Of a stretch of DNA of 64,000 bases, positions 53,244 through 62,874 are shown piece after piece. A model generated the notes under the pieces. That model searched no databases. It saw only the letters and a program-made list of their open reading frames with translations, and was not told where the DNA came from. The DNA lies in the NCBI GenBank assembly GCA_963667465.2, contig CAXXDN010000002.1, positions 1,280,001 to 1,344,000 on the forward strand, in the 5' to 3' direction. Numbering within the stretch: position 1 is the first letter of the stretch; each line of letters starts with the position of its first letter. This DNA is from Dehalococcoidia bacterium (GTDB taxonomy: Bacteria; Chloroflexota; Dehalococcoidia; UBA2979). The position numbers and the translations under genes were made by a program.

Positions 53244-53612
53244 TCACCCCTCCACGGCGCTGCGGATGTGCTGGAACGAGGCGACGGACCCATCGGCGGC
53301 GAGATCGATCGCCACGAGGTCGATGCGCTGATCGGCGGGCAGTTCGGGGTGCTCCATGCCGTAGGCCGCCGCCAGCTCGCGCAGGCGCCGCTGCTTGCGC
53401 GCGCTCAATTGCTCGATGGCGCGTCCCGCCTGGCGCGGACGCCGCAGCTTCACCTCGACGAAGACCAGCGTGCCGCCCTGCAGCGCGACCAGGTCGACCT
53501 CGCCCTCGCGACGGCGCACGTTACGGTCGACCAGCCGGTAGCCGCGCGCGCTGAGATAGTCGGCGGCCAGGCGCTCGCCGGAGCGCCCCAGCCGGTCGGT
53601 CGCCCTCGACAT
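53244..53612 (-). CDS. YraN (UPF0102) putative endonuclease
   Basis: GERLAADYL..RGY, GEVDLVA, LVFVEVK, RIDLVAI; follows rnhB. Confidence 0.92.
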   Translation of the reverse strand: MSRATDRLGRSGERLAADYLSARGYRLVDRNVRRREGEVDLVALQGGTLVFVEVKLRRPRQAGRAIEQLSARKQRRLRELAAAYGMEHPELPADQRIDLVAIDLAADGSVASFQHIRSAVEG

Positions 53613-54268
53613 CAGCGCGGGCGGCTCGACAGCACCTCGCGGACCGGGGCGAAGAGCAGGCGGTGCACGCTGGAATGGCCGAGGCGGCGCAGCGCCTCGC
53701 GGTGCTCGGCGGTGGCGTAGCCCTTGTTGCGCGCGAAGCCGTAGCCGGGGAAGCGCCGCTCCAGCTCGTCCATCATGCGGTCGCGCGCGACCTTGGCGAC
53801 GATGCTCGCCGCGGCCACCGAGGGGCAGAGCGCGTCGCCGTCGATCACCGCGTGCTGACGCGTCTCGCACTCGACGACCTCGCGGCCGTCGACGATCAGC
53901 GCGTCCGGTGGCCGCTCGAGCTGCTCGACCGCGCGGCGCATCGCCAGTCGCGTCGCCGCCGTCATGCCGAGCTGGTCGATCACGTGCGAGGAGACGACTC
54001 CGATGCCGTAGTCGCAGTGGCGGCGGATCCGGGCGGCGAGTTCCTCGCGGGCGGCCGCGTCGAGCTGCTTGGAGTCGCGCAGCCGCCGCACCCAGCCGGC
54101 ACGCGAGTAGCGCAGCACCACCGCGCCGGCGACGACGGGCCCCGCTAGCGGACCTCGTCCCACCTCGTCGACACCCGCGACGCGCTCGCAGCCCTCGCGC
54201 CAGAGGGCGTTCTCCACCTGCCACGTGGGCTTCGAGGTGCGGCGCGGTCGTTCGAGTACGGCAACCAC
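53612..54268 (-). CDS. rnhB: Ribonuclease HII
   Basis: [39 protein letters not shown]. Confidence 0.97.
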   Translation of the reverse strand: MVAVLERPRRTSKPTWQVENALWREGCERVAGVDEVGRGPLAGPVVAGAVVLRYSRAGWVRRLRDSKQLDAAAREELAARIRRHCDYGIGVVSSHVIDQLGMTAATRLAMRRAVEQLERPPDALIVDGREVVECETRQHAVIDGDALCPSVAAASIVAKVARDRMMDELERRFPGYGFARNKGYATAEHREALRRLGHSSVHRLLFAPVREVLSSRPR

Positions 54269-54364
54269 GACCGCATGCTAGGCACGGCGATACCGATCAG
54301 GCAAGTGAGCGGTTGGCGAAGGCCGGCATTCCTTCCCGGCGAGGGCGCGGCGAGGGAAGGCTGG

Positions 54365-55750
54365 CTACGGAATGGCGAGCGCTACCATGAGCCCGCCGAG
54401 GTCGGTCTCCTCGTCGAGGCGCCAGAGGCGGTCCAGCGCCGCCCGCTGACGGGGCTCGTCGAGCAGGCCTGTCGTGAGCCCTCGGAACTTGTCCTCGACG
54501 TCGGAGTCGCTCATCGGCCGCTTGAAGTGCCCGCTGTAGTAGGGGACGGCCGCCGTGTACTCACGGCCGTCCGAGGTGCGCACGGTCAGGATGTTGAGGA
54601 TGGCTTCCGGCCAGGCGGCGTCGCATTCCGGGTCCTGCACGACCTCGATCCGCTGCATCAGGTCCAGCAACAGCGGGTCTCGCAGAACATCGTCCTCGAA
54701 GTGGGCGGGCTCAAGCGTGCCGAAGCGGAGCGCGCAGGCGACGACGTAGGGGAGGCTGTGGTCGGCGGTCTCGCGCGTCGCGGGGCGCCAGCGCGTGGGG
54801 TCGCCCGCCATGACCCGTTTGCCGCTCTCGAACGTGCGGATGTGGACGTGCTCCACCTCGTTCGCGCTGGCGATGCCGAGCACCCCGCGGGCCTCGATCG
54901 CGCCCTCGATCGCTGTCTGGGAGTAGAAGCCCGCCGGAAATCGCTTGAAGCGCGATTCCATCAGCCGAAATGCGCGGTCGTTCCCATCCTCCCGAGCCAG
55001 GGGCGCGAGCTCGACAGGGGCGCCCGTCACGCCCTCGAAGAACCCGTGCGAGCCGGTGAACACGTTGGGCGGACCGGTCATCCCGTGGCGGGCGAGCATC
55101 GCTGCGAAGACGCCGTTGCGGCCCGCGCTCGGGACCGCCGCGGCCTTCCAGTGGGAGATGGTCCCGCGCCGGGCCTCGCCGAGCGTCATGCTGCTGACCA
55201 CAGAGATGCGCAGCGCTTCCGCGAGTTGCTCCAGCGTCAGGCCGATCACCTTGCCCGCGCCGAGCGGTGCGGAGATGGCGGCGTAGGCGGCTTGATCCCA
55301 GACACCACCCGAGGCGAGCTGGAAGCTGTCCGCCCAGGCAGCCTGCACCTCGTAGGCGAGCGTGACCGCCGCGATCAGCTCCGAGCCCGACGCTCGTTGC
55401 GCCTCGGCGGCGGCCAGCACCGCGGGGATGTTGTCGGAGGGGTGGGCGGCGTCCTGGCCGTTGTAGGTGTCGTTGAAGTCCAGGTAGCGCACCATGGCGC
55501 CGTTCACGAAGGCGGCCATGTCGGGTGTGGTCGTCTCGGTCGTCCCAAGCAGCGTGGCCGGTGACGAGCCGCGCACCTCGAGGGCCAGGTCCCGGGCGGC
55601 GCGCACCGGGGCAGCATCGCTCGCTCCCAAACCGCAACCCACGGAATCGATGACCAGCCGCTTGACCTGGTGCACCACCTCGCCCGGCAGGTCCACGTAC
55701 TCGAGGCTGCTGACGTAACCCGCGAGGCGATCGACGAAAGGATCGGTCAT
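54365..55750 (-). CDS. MmgE/PrpD family protein
   Basis: VRYLDFNDTY, HPSDN, ISHWK, ETADHSLPY. Confidence 0.92.
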   Translation of the reverse strand: MTDPFVDRLAGYVSSLEYVDLPGEVVHQVKRLVIDSVGCGLGASDAAPVRAARDLALEVRGSSPATLLGTTETTTPDMAAFVNGAMVRYLDFNDTYNGQDAAHPSDNIPAVLAAAEAQRASGSELIAAVTLAYEVQAAWADSFQLASGGVWDQAAYAAISAPLGAGKVIGLTLEQLAEALRISVVSSMTLGEARRGTISHWKAAAVPSAGRNGVFAAMLARHGMTGPPNVFTGSHGFFEGVTGAPVELAPLAREDGNDRAFRLMESRFKRFPAGFYSQTAIEGAIEARGVLGIASANEVEHVHIRTFESGKRVMAGDPTRWRPATRETADHSLPYVVACALRFGTLEPAHFEDDVLRDPLLLDLMQRIEVVQDPECDAAWPEAILNILTVRTSDGREYTAAVPYYSGHFKRPMSDSDVEDKFRGLTTGLLDEPRQRAALDRLWRLDEETDLGGLMVALAIP

Positions 55751-56292
55751 GGTGCAGCGCCTCGGTCCAGCGGGTCGTCGGGGCCGATCGCCTCGAGGCT
55801 GGCCTTGAGGGCGGCCATGAGGGCGCCCGCCTCGGCGCCGTCGAGGGCGCGGTGGTCGAAGCTGATCGCGAGGTTCATGACCGAGCACGGCGCGAAGGCG
55901 TCGCCGCCGTCGTCCCCGGGAACGCTGCGCAGCTCGCGGCGGCTCGCCTCGGTGGTGACGATTGCAACCTGGCCGAGCGGGACGATCGGCTGCGAGATCA
56001 GCGAGCCGCAGGCGCCGGTGTTGTCGATCGTGAGCGTCGCATCGATCAGCTCGACGCGCGTGAGCGTGCGGGCGCGAGCGCGCTCGCCGGGGTCGCGCAG
56101 TTCGCGGGCCGGCTCGGAGCCGACCCGGGCGGCCTCGTGGCCGGTGCCGGGCATGGCGAAGGCGGCCCGGCCCTGGCGGTTGAGGGTCAGCACGCGGTCG
56201 TTGGGCTCGCGCGCGAGCAGCATGTCGCGGTACATGCGCCGCTGCGGGTCCGTGGCGCGGAGGCCGCTCTCCGGCTGATGGATGCGGGTCAT
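55747..56292 (-). pseudogene. Chimeric remnant: 2-oxoacid dehydrogenase E1alpha N-terminus fused in frame to E2 acyltransferase C-terminus
   Basis: MYRDMLLAR...LNRQGRAAF...GHEAARVG (E1alpha) followed directly by TLTIDNTGACGS..SQPI...SFDHRALDG (E2) within 181 aa. Confidence 0.8.
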
Positions 56293-56428
56293 GGCTCGCC
56301 GCCGCTTCCCGTGATCTCCAGCGTCAGCCAGGCGGGGCGGGAATGCCACCTCTCTATCAGTATAGTGCCTGCCAAGGCGCCTCGATGGCTGCTGCACGCG
56401 GCCGGAGGGGGCGCGAGAGGGGGACAAG

Positions 56429-57202
56429 ATGTCGCAACTGCACCTTGAGGTATCGGACTACATCGCCGTGATCACGATGGACAACCCGCCGGTCAACGCG
56501 ATGGACCGCGACTGGAACATGATCGAAGTGCTCGACTCGTTCGCAGATCGGGACGATGTGCGCGTCTGCATCCTCACCGGCGCCGGGACGCGCGCGTTCT
56601 GCGCAGGCGCGGACGTGAAGCGCGGGGCGCGCGAGGCGGGGACGACGCCTCCGCCAGGCACGCGGCTGGCGACCAGCCGTGCCGCCCGCGAGCGCTACAA
56701 CGCGCTCGTGGAGTGCGCGGTGCCGGTGATCGGCGCGATCAACGGGCACGCGCTGGGCGCCGGGATGGCGCTGGCCGCCTGCTGCGACTTCCTGATCGCC
56801 TCGGAGAACGCGACGTTCGGGCTGCCGGAGGTGAACGTCGGGCTGCTCGGCGGGGCGAGCCAGATGGGCCGCATCTTCCCGGCCGGCTGGCTGCGCTGGG
56901 CGAACATGACGGGCCAGCGCATCAACGCCCAGCAGGCGCTGACGGCTGGTGCGGTGCTGCGCGTGGTGCCGCCGGAGCAGCTGATGGACGAGGCGATGGC
57001 CGAGGCGCGGGTGGTCGCCTCGAAGATGCCGCTCGGCGTCCAGATGGTGAAGTCCACGCTCAACGTGATCGAGAACATGGACATCAAGAACGGCTATCGC
57101 TACGAGCAGACGCAGACGGCGATCCTCTCGAAGACGGAGGACTCCGCCGAGGCGAAGCGTGCCTTCGCGGAAAAGCGCCAGCCGGTCTGGAAGGGCCGCT
57201 AG
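56429..57202 (+). CDS. Enoyl-CoA hydratase/isomerase
   Basis: NPPVNAM, AFCAGAD, AINGHALGAG, FGLPEV, AFAEKRQP. Confidence 0.93.
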   Translation: MSQLHLEVSDYIAVITMDNPPVNAMDRDWNMIEVLDSFADRDDVRVCILTGAGTRAFCAGADVKRGAREAGTTPPPGTRLATSRAARERYNALVECAVPVIGAINGHALGAGMALAACCDFLIASENATFGLPEVNVGLLGGASQMGRIFPAGWLRWANMTGQRINAQQALTAGAVLRVVPPEQLMDEAMAEARVVASKMPLGVQMVKSTLNVIENMDIKNGYRYEQTQTAILSKTEDSAEAKRAFAEKRQPVWKGR

Positions 57203-57278
57203 CCGCAGCCCCTCCAGCCTCGGGGCGGGAGCGGCGGCCGAGGGCGTCCCGGCGTTCAGGCGTGCCGTGCGTCGGGGT

Positions 57279-57353
57279 TGGTAGCAGGGGCCGGATTTGA
57301 ACCGGCGACCGACGGCTTATGAGTCCGCTGCTCTACCACTGAGCTACCCTGCC
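57279..57353 (-). tRNA. tRNA with CAT anticodon, probably elongator Met (Ile2 not excluded)
   Basis: GGCAGGGTAGCTCAGTGGTAGAGCAGCGGACT-CAT-AAGCCGTCGGTCGCCGGTTCAAATCCGGCCCCTGCTACCA; encoded CCA. Confidence 0.92.
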
Positions 57354-57453
57354 GTGCCCGCGATCTTAGGCGCGCAACCCCGTCGCTGTCGATGCGGTCT
57401 GCCCTCGCCGCGCCGGGTCCGCCGCTACAATCCACCGGGAGGGGCGGTGAGCG

Positions 57454-57912
57454 ATGAGCAGTGGCGAGGCCGCGCGGTTCTGGTCCTACATCGAGCACTC
57501 GGTCGACCAGATCGTAGCCACGCTCGATGGCCTCGAGGCCGACGAACTGAACTGGCGTCCGGCGGGGCCGGAGACCAACAGCCTCTTCGTGCTCGCCACG
57601 CACATCCTCGGGGCGCTCGACGAGACGCTGCTCGGGGTGCTGTGCGGCGAGCCCCGATCACGCGACCGGGACGCGGAATTCGTCGCCTCCGAGGCGACGG
57701 CCGAGGCGCCCGTCGCGCGCTGGGCGAGCCTGCGCGCCGAGATCGGCGAGCGCCTCGCGGCGCTGCCCGACGAGGCGCTGGACGAGGTGCGGCAGCACCC
57801 GCGCCGCGGCGAGGTCACGGGCCGCGACCTGCTGATCTTCACCGCGCAGCACACGGCGGAGCACGCCGCCCACGCCGAGCTCACCCGTCAGCTCCTCGAG
57901 AAGCGGCGGTAG
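57454..57912 (+). CDS. DinB/DUF664 family protein
   Basis: LNWRP..ETNSLFVLATH, RDRDAEF, HTAEHAAHAELTR. Confidence 0.85.
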   Translation: MSSGEAARFWSYIEHSVDQIVATLDGLEADELNWRPAGPETNSLFVLATHILGALDETLLGVLCGEPRSRDRDAEFVASEATAEAPVARWASLRAEIGERLAALPDEALDEVRQHPRRGEVTGRDLLIFTAQHTAEHAAHAELTRQLLEKRR

Positions 57913-58026
57913 CTTCGGAAGTCTCAGGCCGTCCCGGCCCTCACCTTTCCCACGGGGACCCCGCAAGTCCCTGAATGGAGCAACGCAAGGCCTGGAATGC
58001 GGCAATTCAGGCTACCCACCGCCCCT

Positions 58027-58327
58027 TGATTCCGGCTTCGACGGAATGACGGGACAGGCGCCGGACTGGACGATTCTGAAAAGGTCTCGCCGGGGACGGG
58101 TCCGGGTGCGCCCTCGGGCTTCGGGTGCGCCCTCGGGCTTCGGGTCCGCGCTCGAAGGCCGCGCCGCAGGCGCCGGCCCATGGGGCCCATGGGGGCGTGG
58201 GGGCGCAGCCCCCACATGAGGCGGCGCGGGGCGCAGCCCCGCATCCACTGAGGGCGGGTGGGTGGGTCGAGCCGCGAGCAGCGCGCGCTCGTCCGGGATG
58301 GGGGCGTGGGGGGCTGCGCCCCCCACA
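58027..58327. repeat. Intergenic cluster of REP/MITE-like palindromes and direct repeats
   Basis: gattccggcttcgacggaatgac hairpin; 19-bp direct repeat x2 (58103-58140); two atgggggcgtggggg...cccccaca palindromes (58189-58216, 58298-58327). Confidence 0.65.
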
Positions 58328-58369
58328 GCAGGTGACTCGTACCAGAGGGAGGGGCTGGAGAGCCCCTCC

Positions 58370-59434
58370 CTAGAAGGTCAGGATGCTGCGGCCGAAGACC
58401 TCGCCGCGCTCGAGGCGGCCGACGGCTTCGTTGATGCCCTCGATCGGGTGGCGCTCCGTGACCAGCGCGTCGAGGTCCAACTGGCCCTCGTTGTACCAGC
58501 GCAGGAACTCCGGGAAGTCCTTCTCCGGGACGCAGGAGCCGCCGAGCGTGCCGATCAGCGTCCGCTCCCCTTGCAGCATCGAGCGTGTCGGGATTTCCTG
58601 GCGGCCGATGCCGGAGCCGATGATCGCGGCAACCCCGCCGCGCCGCCCGTCCCACTGCGAGGGCCGCACCGAGTCGATGATCTGGCCCGTCGTCTCCGGC
58701 GCGCCGATCGCGTCGATGGCGTAGTCCGCGCCGCCGTCGGTGATGCGGATGATCTCCTCGACGGGGTCCACCTCGCGGGCGTTGATCAGCACGTTCGCGC
58801 CGAAGTGCTTCGCGAACTCCAGCTTCTCGTCCGAGAGGTCGACGGCGATGATCGGGTCCGCATCGCGCACGGCGGCCGCGGCGATCGCGCAGAGGCCGAC
58901 GCCGCCGACACCGTAGACCGCGCAGGACTCGCCCTTCTGCACGTTCAACGAGTTGGTGACCGCACCGGAGCCCGTCATCACCGCGCAACCGATGATCGAG
59001 GTGACCTCGTTGGGGGTGTCGTCCGGAACCTTGAGCACGAACTCGGCGTTGCAGATGGTGTGCTCGGACCAGGTGTAGATGCCGGCGTGGCCGTTGAGGT
59101 CCTCGCCCTTCCAGCGCACGGGTGCGGTGGAGACGGTGCGGCCGGTGCCCGGCTGCGGGTTCCTCGGCAGCCAGCCGACCAGCACCTTGTCGCCGGGAAC
59201 AATGTGGTCCACCCCGTCCCCGACGGCGACGACCTCGCCGGTGGACTCGTGGCCGAGCACGGTGGGGAAGGTGGGGTTGGTGTGCCCGTGCAGGGCGTGC
59301 AGCTGCGAGTGGCAGACGCCGCTCGCGAAGTTGCGCACGAGGGCGTGACCGGGCGCGACCTCGTCGTCGTAGTCGACCTGCTCGACGAGCAGGGGCTTGC
59401 CCATTTCGGCAAAGATGACCGTGCGTGACTGCAT
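58370..59434 (-). CDS. Zinc-binding (MDR) alcohol dehydrogenase
   Basis: GVCHSQ, LGHE, GCAVMTG, GVGGVG; lacks the four-Cys structural zinc loop. Confidence 0.9.
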   Translation of the reverse strand: MQSRTVIFAEMGKPLLVEQVDYDDEVAPGHALVRNFASGVCHSQLHALHGHTNPTFPTVLGHESTGEVVAVGDGVDHIVPGDKVLVGWLPRNPQPGTGRTVSTAPVRWKGEDLNGHAGIYTWSEHTICNAEFVLKVPDDTPNEVTSIIGCAVMTGSGAVTNSLNVQKGESCAVYGVGGVGLCAIAAAAVRDADPIIAVDLSDEKLEFAKHFGANVLINAREVDPVEEIIRITDGGADYAIDAIGAPETTGQIIDSVRPSQWDGRRGGVAAIIGSGIGRQEIPTRSMLQGERTLIGTLGGSCVPEKDFPEFLRWYNEGQLDLDALVTERHPIEGINEAVGRLERGEVFGRSILTF

Positions 59435-59496
59435 CCGGGGAGCTCCTTCCAAGGATTGAGGTTCTGAGCGCGCCCGATTCTATGCGATCGCAGCCC

Positions 59497-60054
59497 TCAC
59501 GGCCTGTCGGGCGCCTCCGCTGCGGCCTCGGCGGCCTCGGCGAGGCGTGCGAGGGCGGCTTCGAGCGCCATCGCGCAGCGCGCGGCCGCACCCAATCCGC
59601 CCTCCACGAGCAGGCGGCGCAGTCTGCCGTTCTCCTCCGGGGCCGCATGCTCCTCGGAGGTTCGCGCGAGCGAGACGAGCAGGCGGCGGTCTTGGTCGAG
59701 CCGCTGCAGCAGCGCGGGGATCGTCGGGGCCGCGTACATCAGCGCCGCGGCGAGCGCGGGACGGCGGTCGCCGTCCGCGGGAAGCGCAGCGCCGCCTGCG
59801 AGCGCCGCGAGGGCGAACGCAGTCAGCTCCAGCTCCGCCGCCAGCTCCGCGACCGCGAGGCGGGGGGAGCGGCCGGAGGTGGCCGGCTCGTCGGCGGCCC
59901 GCTCGCCGAGGGCGCGCAGCGCGACGGCGATGCGGCGCTCGATCTCGCCGATCGCCTCCTCGATCTCGGCGAGGCTGAGCTGGCCGATCTCCCCGGCGGC
60001 GGGCGCGGTGGAGTCCGGCGCTGGCTCGGCGGCGCTCGCTTCGAAGTCGGGCAT
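59497..60054 (-). CDS. Hypothetical helical protein
   Basis: Ala/Leu/Glu-rich ORF with codon bias; start uncertain. Confidence 0.55.
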   Translation of the reverse strand: MPDFEASAAEPAPDSTAPAAGEIGQLSLAEIEEAIGEIERRIAVALRALGERAADEPATSGRSPRLAVAELAAELELTAFALAALAGGAALPADGDRRPALAAALMYAAPTIPALLQRLDQDRRLLVSLARTSEEHAAPEENGRLRRLLVEGGLGAAARCAMALEAALARLAEAAEAAAEAPDRP

Positions 60055-60098
60055 CGGCTGCGTTACCCTGCTCGCGTGCGGGAGCACGGAGGCGGACG

Positions 60099-60299
60099 AT
60101 GGGTTGGCCGCGGCATCTTGTGATCTTCGCCGCGCTGCTCGTCAACCTCTGGCTGGGCGGCGACCTGGTGGAGGCGCTGGCAGGGCCCTACGTGCGAGGG
60201 CTGTTCGAGCTGGTGCTGATCCTCGGCTACCTCTGGTTCGTCGTCGGCCTCGGATCGCTGCTGCGGCGCCGGACGGACGAGCCGCCGCCGGGGCAGTAG
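60099..60299 (+). CDS. Small two-TM membrane protein
   Basis: GGAGG RBS, two hydrophobic segments. Confidence 0.7.
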   Translation: MGWPRHLVIFAALLVNLWLGGDLVEALAGPYVRGLFELVLILGYLWFVVGLGSLLRRRTDEPPPGQ

Positions 60300-60408
60300 C
60301 GCCGGCGAGGGCCGCGCCGCCCGCGCGGTTGACCCCTCGATCGGCACGCTCCTAGCATCGAAGGCAGTACGGGCAGGGCGTGACCTCGATACGGGCGCCC
60401 GTGCGCCG

Positions 60409-60485
60409 GGGCGATTAGCTCAGCAGGCAAGAGCGTCCGGTTTACACCCGGGAGGTCGGAGGTTCGAGCCCTCCATCGCCCACCA
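60409..60485 (+). tRNA. tRNA-Val(TAC)
   Basis: GGGCGATTAGCTCAGCAGGCAAGAGCGTCCGGTT-TAC-ACCCGGGAGGTCGGAGGTTCGAGCCCTCCATCGCCCACCA. Confidence 0.95.
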
Positions 60486-60772
60486 ACTCCAGGCGCGTGC
60501 AGCCCTACGCGCGCATCCCGTTCCCGGTCAGCCTCTTCGTCTGCTTCGGGCTGTTCGCCGTCCTGCCGCACAGCAACCTGCTGGTCGTGCTCTGCGGGGA
60601 CCGCAGTACCCAGCCGGTGCTGAACACCGACAGCTTCGTCCGGTAGCGCCCGCGCTGCGCCGCCCCGCGGGCGGCCCGCCCGGCCTATAGTGTGGCAGTG
60701 AACCCGGAGGTGGCGCCGCCCGCCGGCAGGTGAGGGCCACCAGTCCGACTCCCCGGTCACCGGAGGCAGCCT

Positions 60773-62533
60773 TTGACGGCGCCAGCCCTCGGCAACCCTC
60801 AGTACGAGGCGAACGAGAGCCCACCGCTACTCAGAACCCTGGGCCTCGGTGCGCAGTTCAGCCTGATCGCATCCGCCACCCTGCTGGTCACCCCGGTGAT
60901 CGTCGCCGACGCCTCGGGCCGGGGCGAGCCCTACGTCGTGTGGATGGTCTTCGCCTCGCTGATCGTCGTCGGCGTGTCGACGCTGATCCAGGTACGGCGG
61001 CTCGGCTTCGTCGGCGCGGGCGCGACGCTGCCGATGTTCACGGCGGCGTTCGCGATCCCGTTCTGCATCACCGCGGTGCAGGATGGGGGTCCGGCGACGC
61101 TGACGACGCTGCTGCTGCTGGCGGCGGTCGCCCAGATCGCGATCTCCAGATGGCTGTTCATCCTGCGGCGCGTCGTCACACCGACTGTCGGCGGCACGGT
61201 GATGATGATCCTCTCGATCACCCTGGCCTCGGTGGTGTTCGACCTGCTGGACGATGCCACGCAGGTGGACCCGGATGAGGCGTCCCTGACCGCGCTCGTG
61301 ACGATGGTTGTCGCCGCCGCGCTGACGCTGCGCAGGTCGCCGCTGCTGCGATTCTGGGGGCCGATCGCCGGCATCATCGTCGGGTGCGTCGTGGCCGGGG
61401 CGCTCGGGATCTTCGACACCGAGCGGGTGGCCCAGGCCGCCTGGATCGGGCTGCCGGCCGAGTATCCGGGATTGGGGCTGGACTTCGGGCTCGAGTTCTG
61501 GACGCTGGTCCCGGCCTTCCTGTTCCTCGGGGTGATCATCTCGATCCAGGCGAACGGCGCATCGATCTCCATGCAGCGCGTCGCGTGGCGCGAGGACCGG
61601 GCGGTCGACTTCCGCCAGGTGCAGGGCGCCGTCGCGGGCGGCGGCGCGAGCAACCTGCTGGCCGCCATCGGGGGCACGGTGCCCAACGCGATCAATCCGG
61701 GCATCATCGCGTTCACGCACATCACGGGCGTCGCGTCCCGCTCGCTCGGCTACAGCATCGGGATCTTCTTCATCCTGCTGGCGTTCCTGCCGAAGGTGTC
61801 CGGGCTGCTGAGCAGCATCCCGGGGCCGGTGATGACGGGGTACCTGATCATGGTGACGGGCACGCTGTTCGTCGACGGCGCGCGGACGGTGATCCAGCAC
61901 GAGCAGAACAACGAGAAGATCGCGGTCGCGGGGGTCTGCTTCTGGATCGGCGCGGCCTTCCAGTTCAAGCTCTTCGCCCTGCCGGACCTCGGCCCGGTCC
62001 TGAACGCGATGCTCGCGAGCGGCATCACCACCGGCGGCCTCGCCGCCGTCGTGATGATCCTCTACCTGGAATTCACCAACCCGCGGCGCGCGCGCTTCCA
62101 GTCCCAACTCCACATCGACGCCCTCCCGCAACTCAACGAGTTCATCGCCCGCTTCGCCGAGCGCCGTGGTTGGGACGACGCAATGAAGGACCGGCTCAGC
62201 GCCGTCGCGGAGGAGACGCTTCTCACCCTGGCCCCGCTCGACCTCGAAGGGCTCCTCACGGAAGGCGAGGACGACGAGGAGACGGAGGAACGCCAGTTGA
62301 TTGTGCTGGCCTCCAGCGACGGGCCGGTGGCCGACCTCGAGTTCATCGGGGGAGGCAACGACGAGAACATGGAGGACCGGCTGCGCCAGCTCCAGCAGCA
62401 CGACTCGGAGACGATGGTGGAGCAGGACGTCTCGCTGCGGCTGCTGCGCAACTACGCCTCCTCGGTCCGCCACCAGCAGTACCACGACACCGACATCATC
62501 TCCGTCACGGTCGAGCCGCCCGACGCGCGCTAG
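60773..62533 (+). CDS. Xanthine/uracil (NCS2) permease with an extra ~150 aa cytoplasmic C-terminal domain
   Basis: GLGAQ, VSTLIQV, VVTPTVGGTVMM, TGVASR, FLPKVSGLLSSIPGPV, SGITTGG; acidic soluble tail; GGAGG then TTG. Confidence 0.85.
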   Translation: MTAPALGNPQYEANESPPLLRTLGLGAQFSLIASATLLVTPVIVADASGRGEPYVVWMVFASLIVVGVSTLIQVRRLGFVGAGATLPMFTAAFAIPFCITAVQDGGPATLTTLLLLAAVAQIAISRWLFILRRVVTPTVGGTVMMILSITLASVVFDLLDDATQVDPDEASLTALVTMVVAAALTLRRSPLLRFWGPIAGIIVGCVVAGALGIFDTERVAQAAWIGLPAEYPGLGLDFGLEFWTLVPAFLFLGVIISIQANGASISMQRVAWREDRAVDFRQVQGAVAGGGASNLLAAIGGTVPNAINPGIIAFTHITGVASRSLGYSIGIFFILLAFLPKVSGLLSSIPGPVMTGYLIMVTGTLFVDGARTVIQHEQNNEKIAVAGVCFWIGAAFQFKLFALPDLGPVLNAMLASGITTGGLAAVVMILYLEFTNPRRARFQSQLHIDALPQLNEFIARFAERRGWDDAMKDRLSAVAEETLLTLAPLDLEGLLTEGEDDEETEERQLIVLASSDGPVADLEFIGGGNDENMEDRLRQLQQHDSETMVEQDVSLRLLRNYASSVRHQQYHDTDIISVTVEPPDAR

Positions 62534-62618
62534 GCCGACGCGGCAGGCGGCCGCGTGTGCCGTCAGCGCTGCCAGCCGATACCCTTCCTGTAGCGAATCG
62601 CGTGGTGCGAGGGCAGGC

Positions 62619-62843
62619 ATGCACGTCGCCGACGAATGGGATGCTGGCGACATGGGATGCGGCGAGGTGATCATCCTGCTCAGGACGCGGATGCGGAAAC
62701 TCAGCCCGGGCGAGGTCTTCAAGCTGACGGCCTCCGACCTCGGAGCCCCCGAGGACATTCCGGCGTGGTGCCGCCTCACGGGCCACCGCTTGCTGCAGGC
62801 GGAGCACCCGCACTACTGGATCGAGCAGACTCAGCGCGCGTAG
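62619..62843 (+). CDS. TusA/SirA-like sulfur carrier
   Basis: WDAGDMGCGE...PGEVFKLTASDLGAPEDIPAWCRLTGH. Confidence 0.88.
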   Translation: MHVADEWDAGDMGCGEVIILLRTRMRKLSPGEVFKLTASDLGAPEDIPAWCRLTGHRLLQAEHPHYWIEQTQRA

Positions 62844-62874
62844 GCCGCGAGGAGCCGCGAGGAAGGGAACGATC

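Noticed and set aside
57279-60485. Prophage or integrative element between the two tRNAs
   Set aside because: No integrase, phage genes or att duplication seen.
60647-60772. Purine or SAM riboswitch ahead of the permease
   Set aside because: No recognisable aptamer consensus; only a TATAGT -10-like hexamer. An Rfam scan would settle it.
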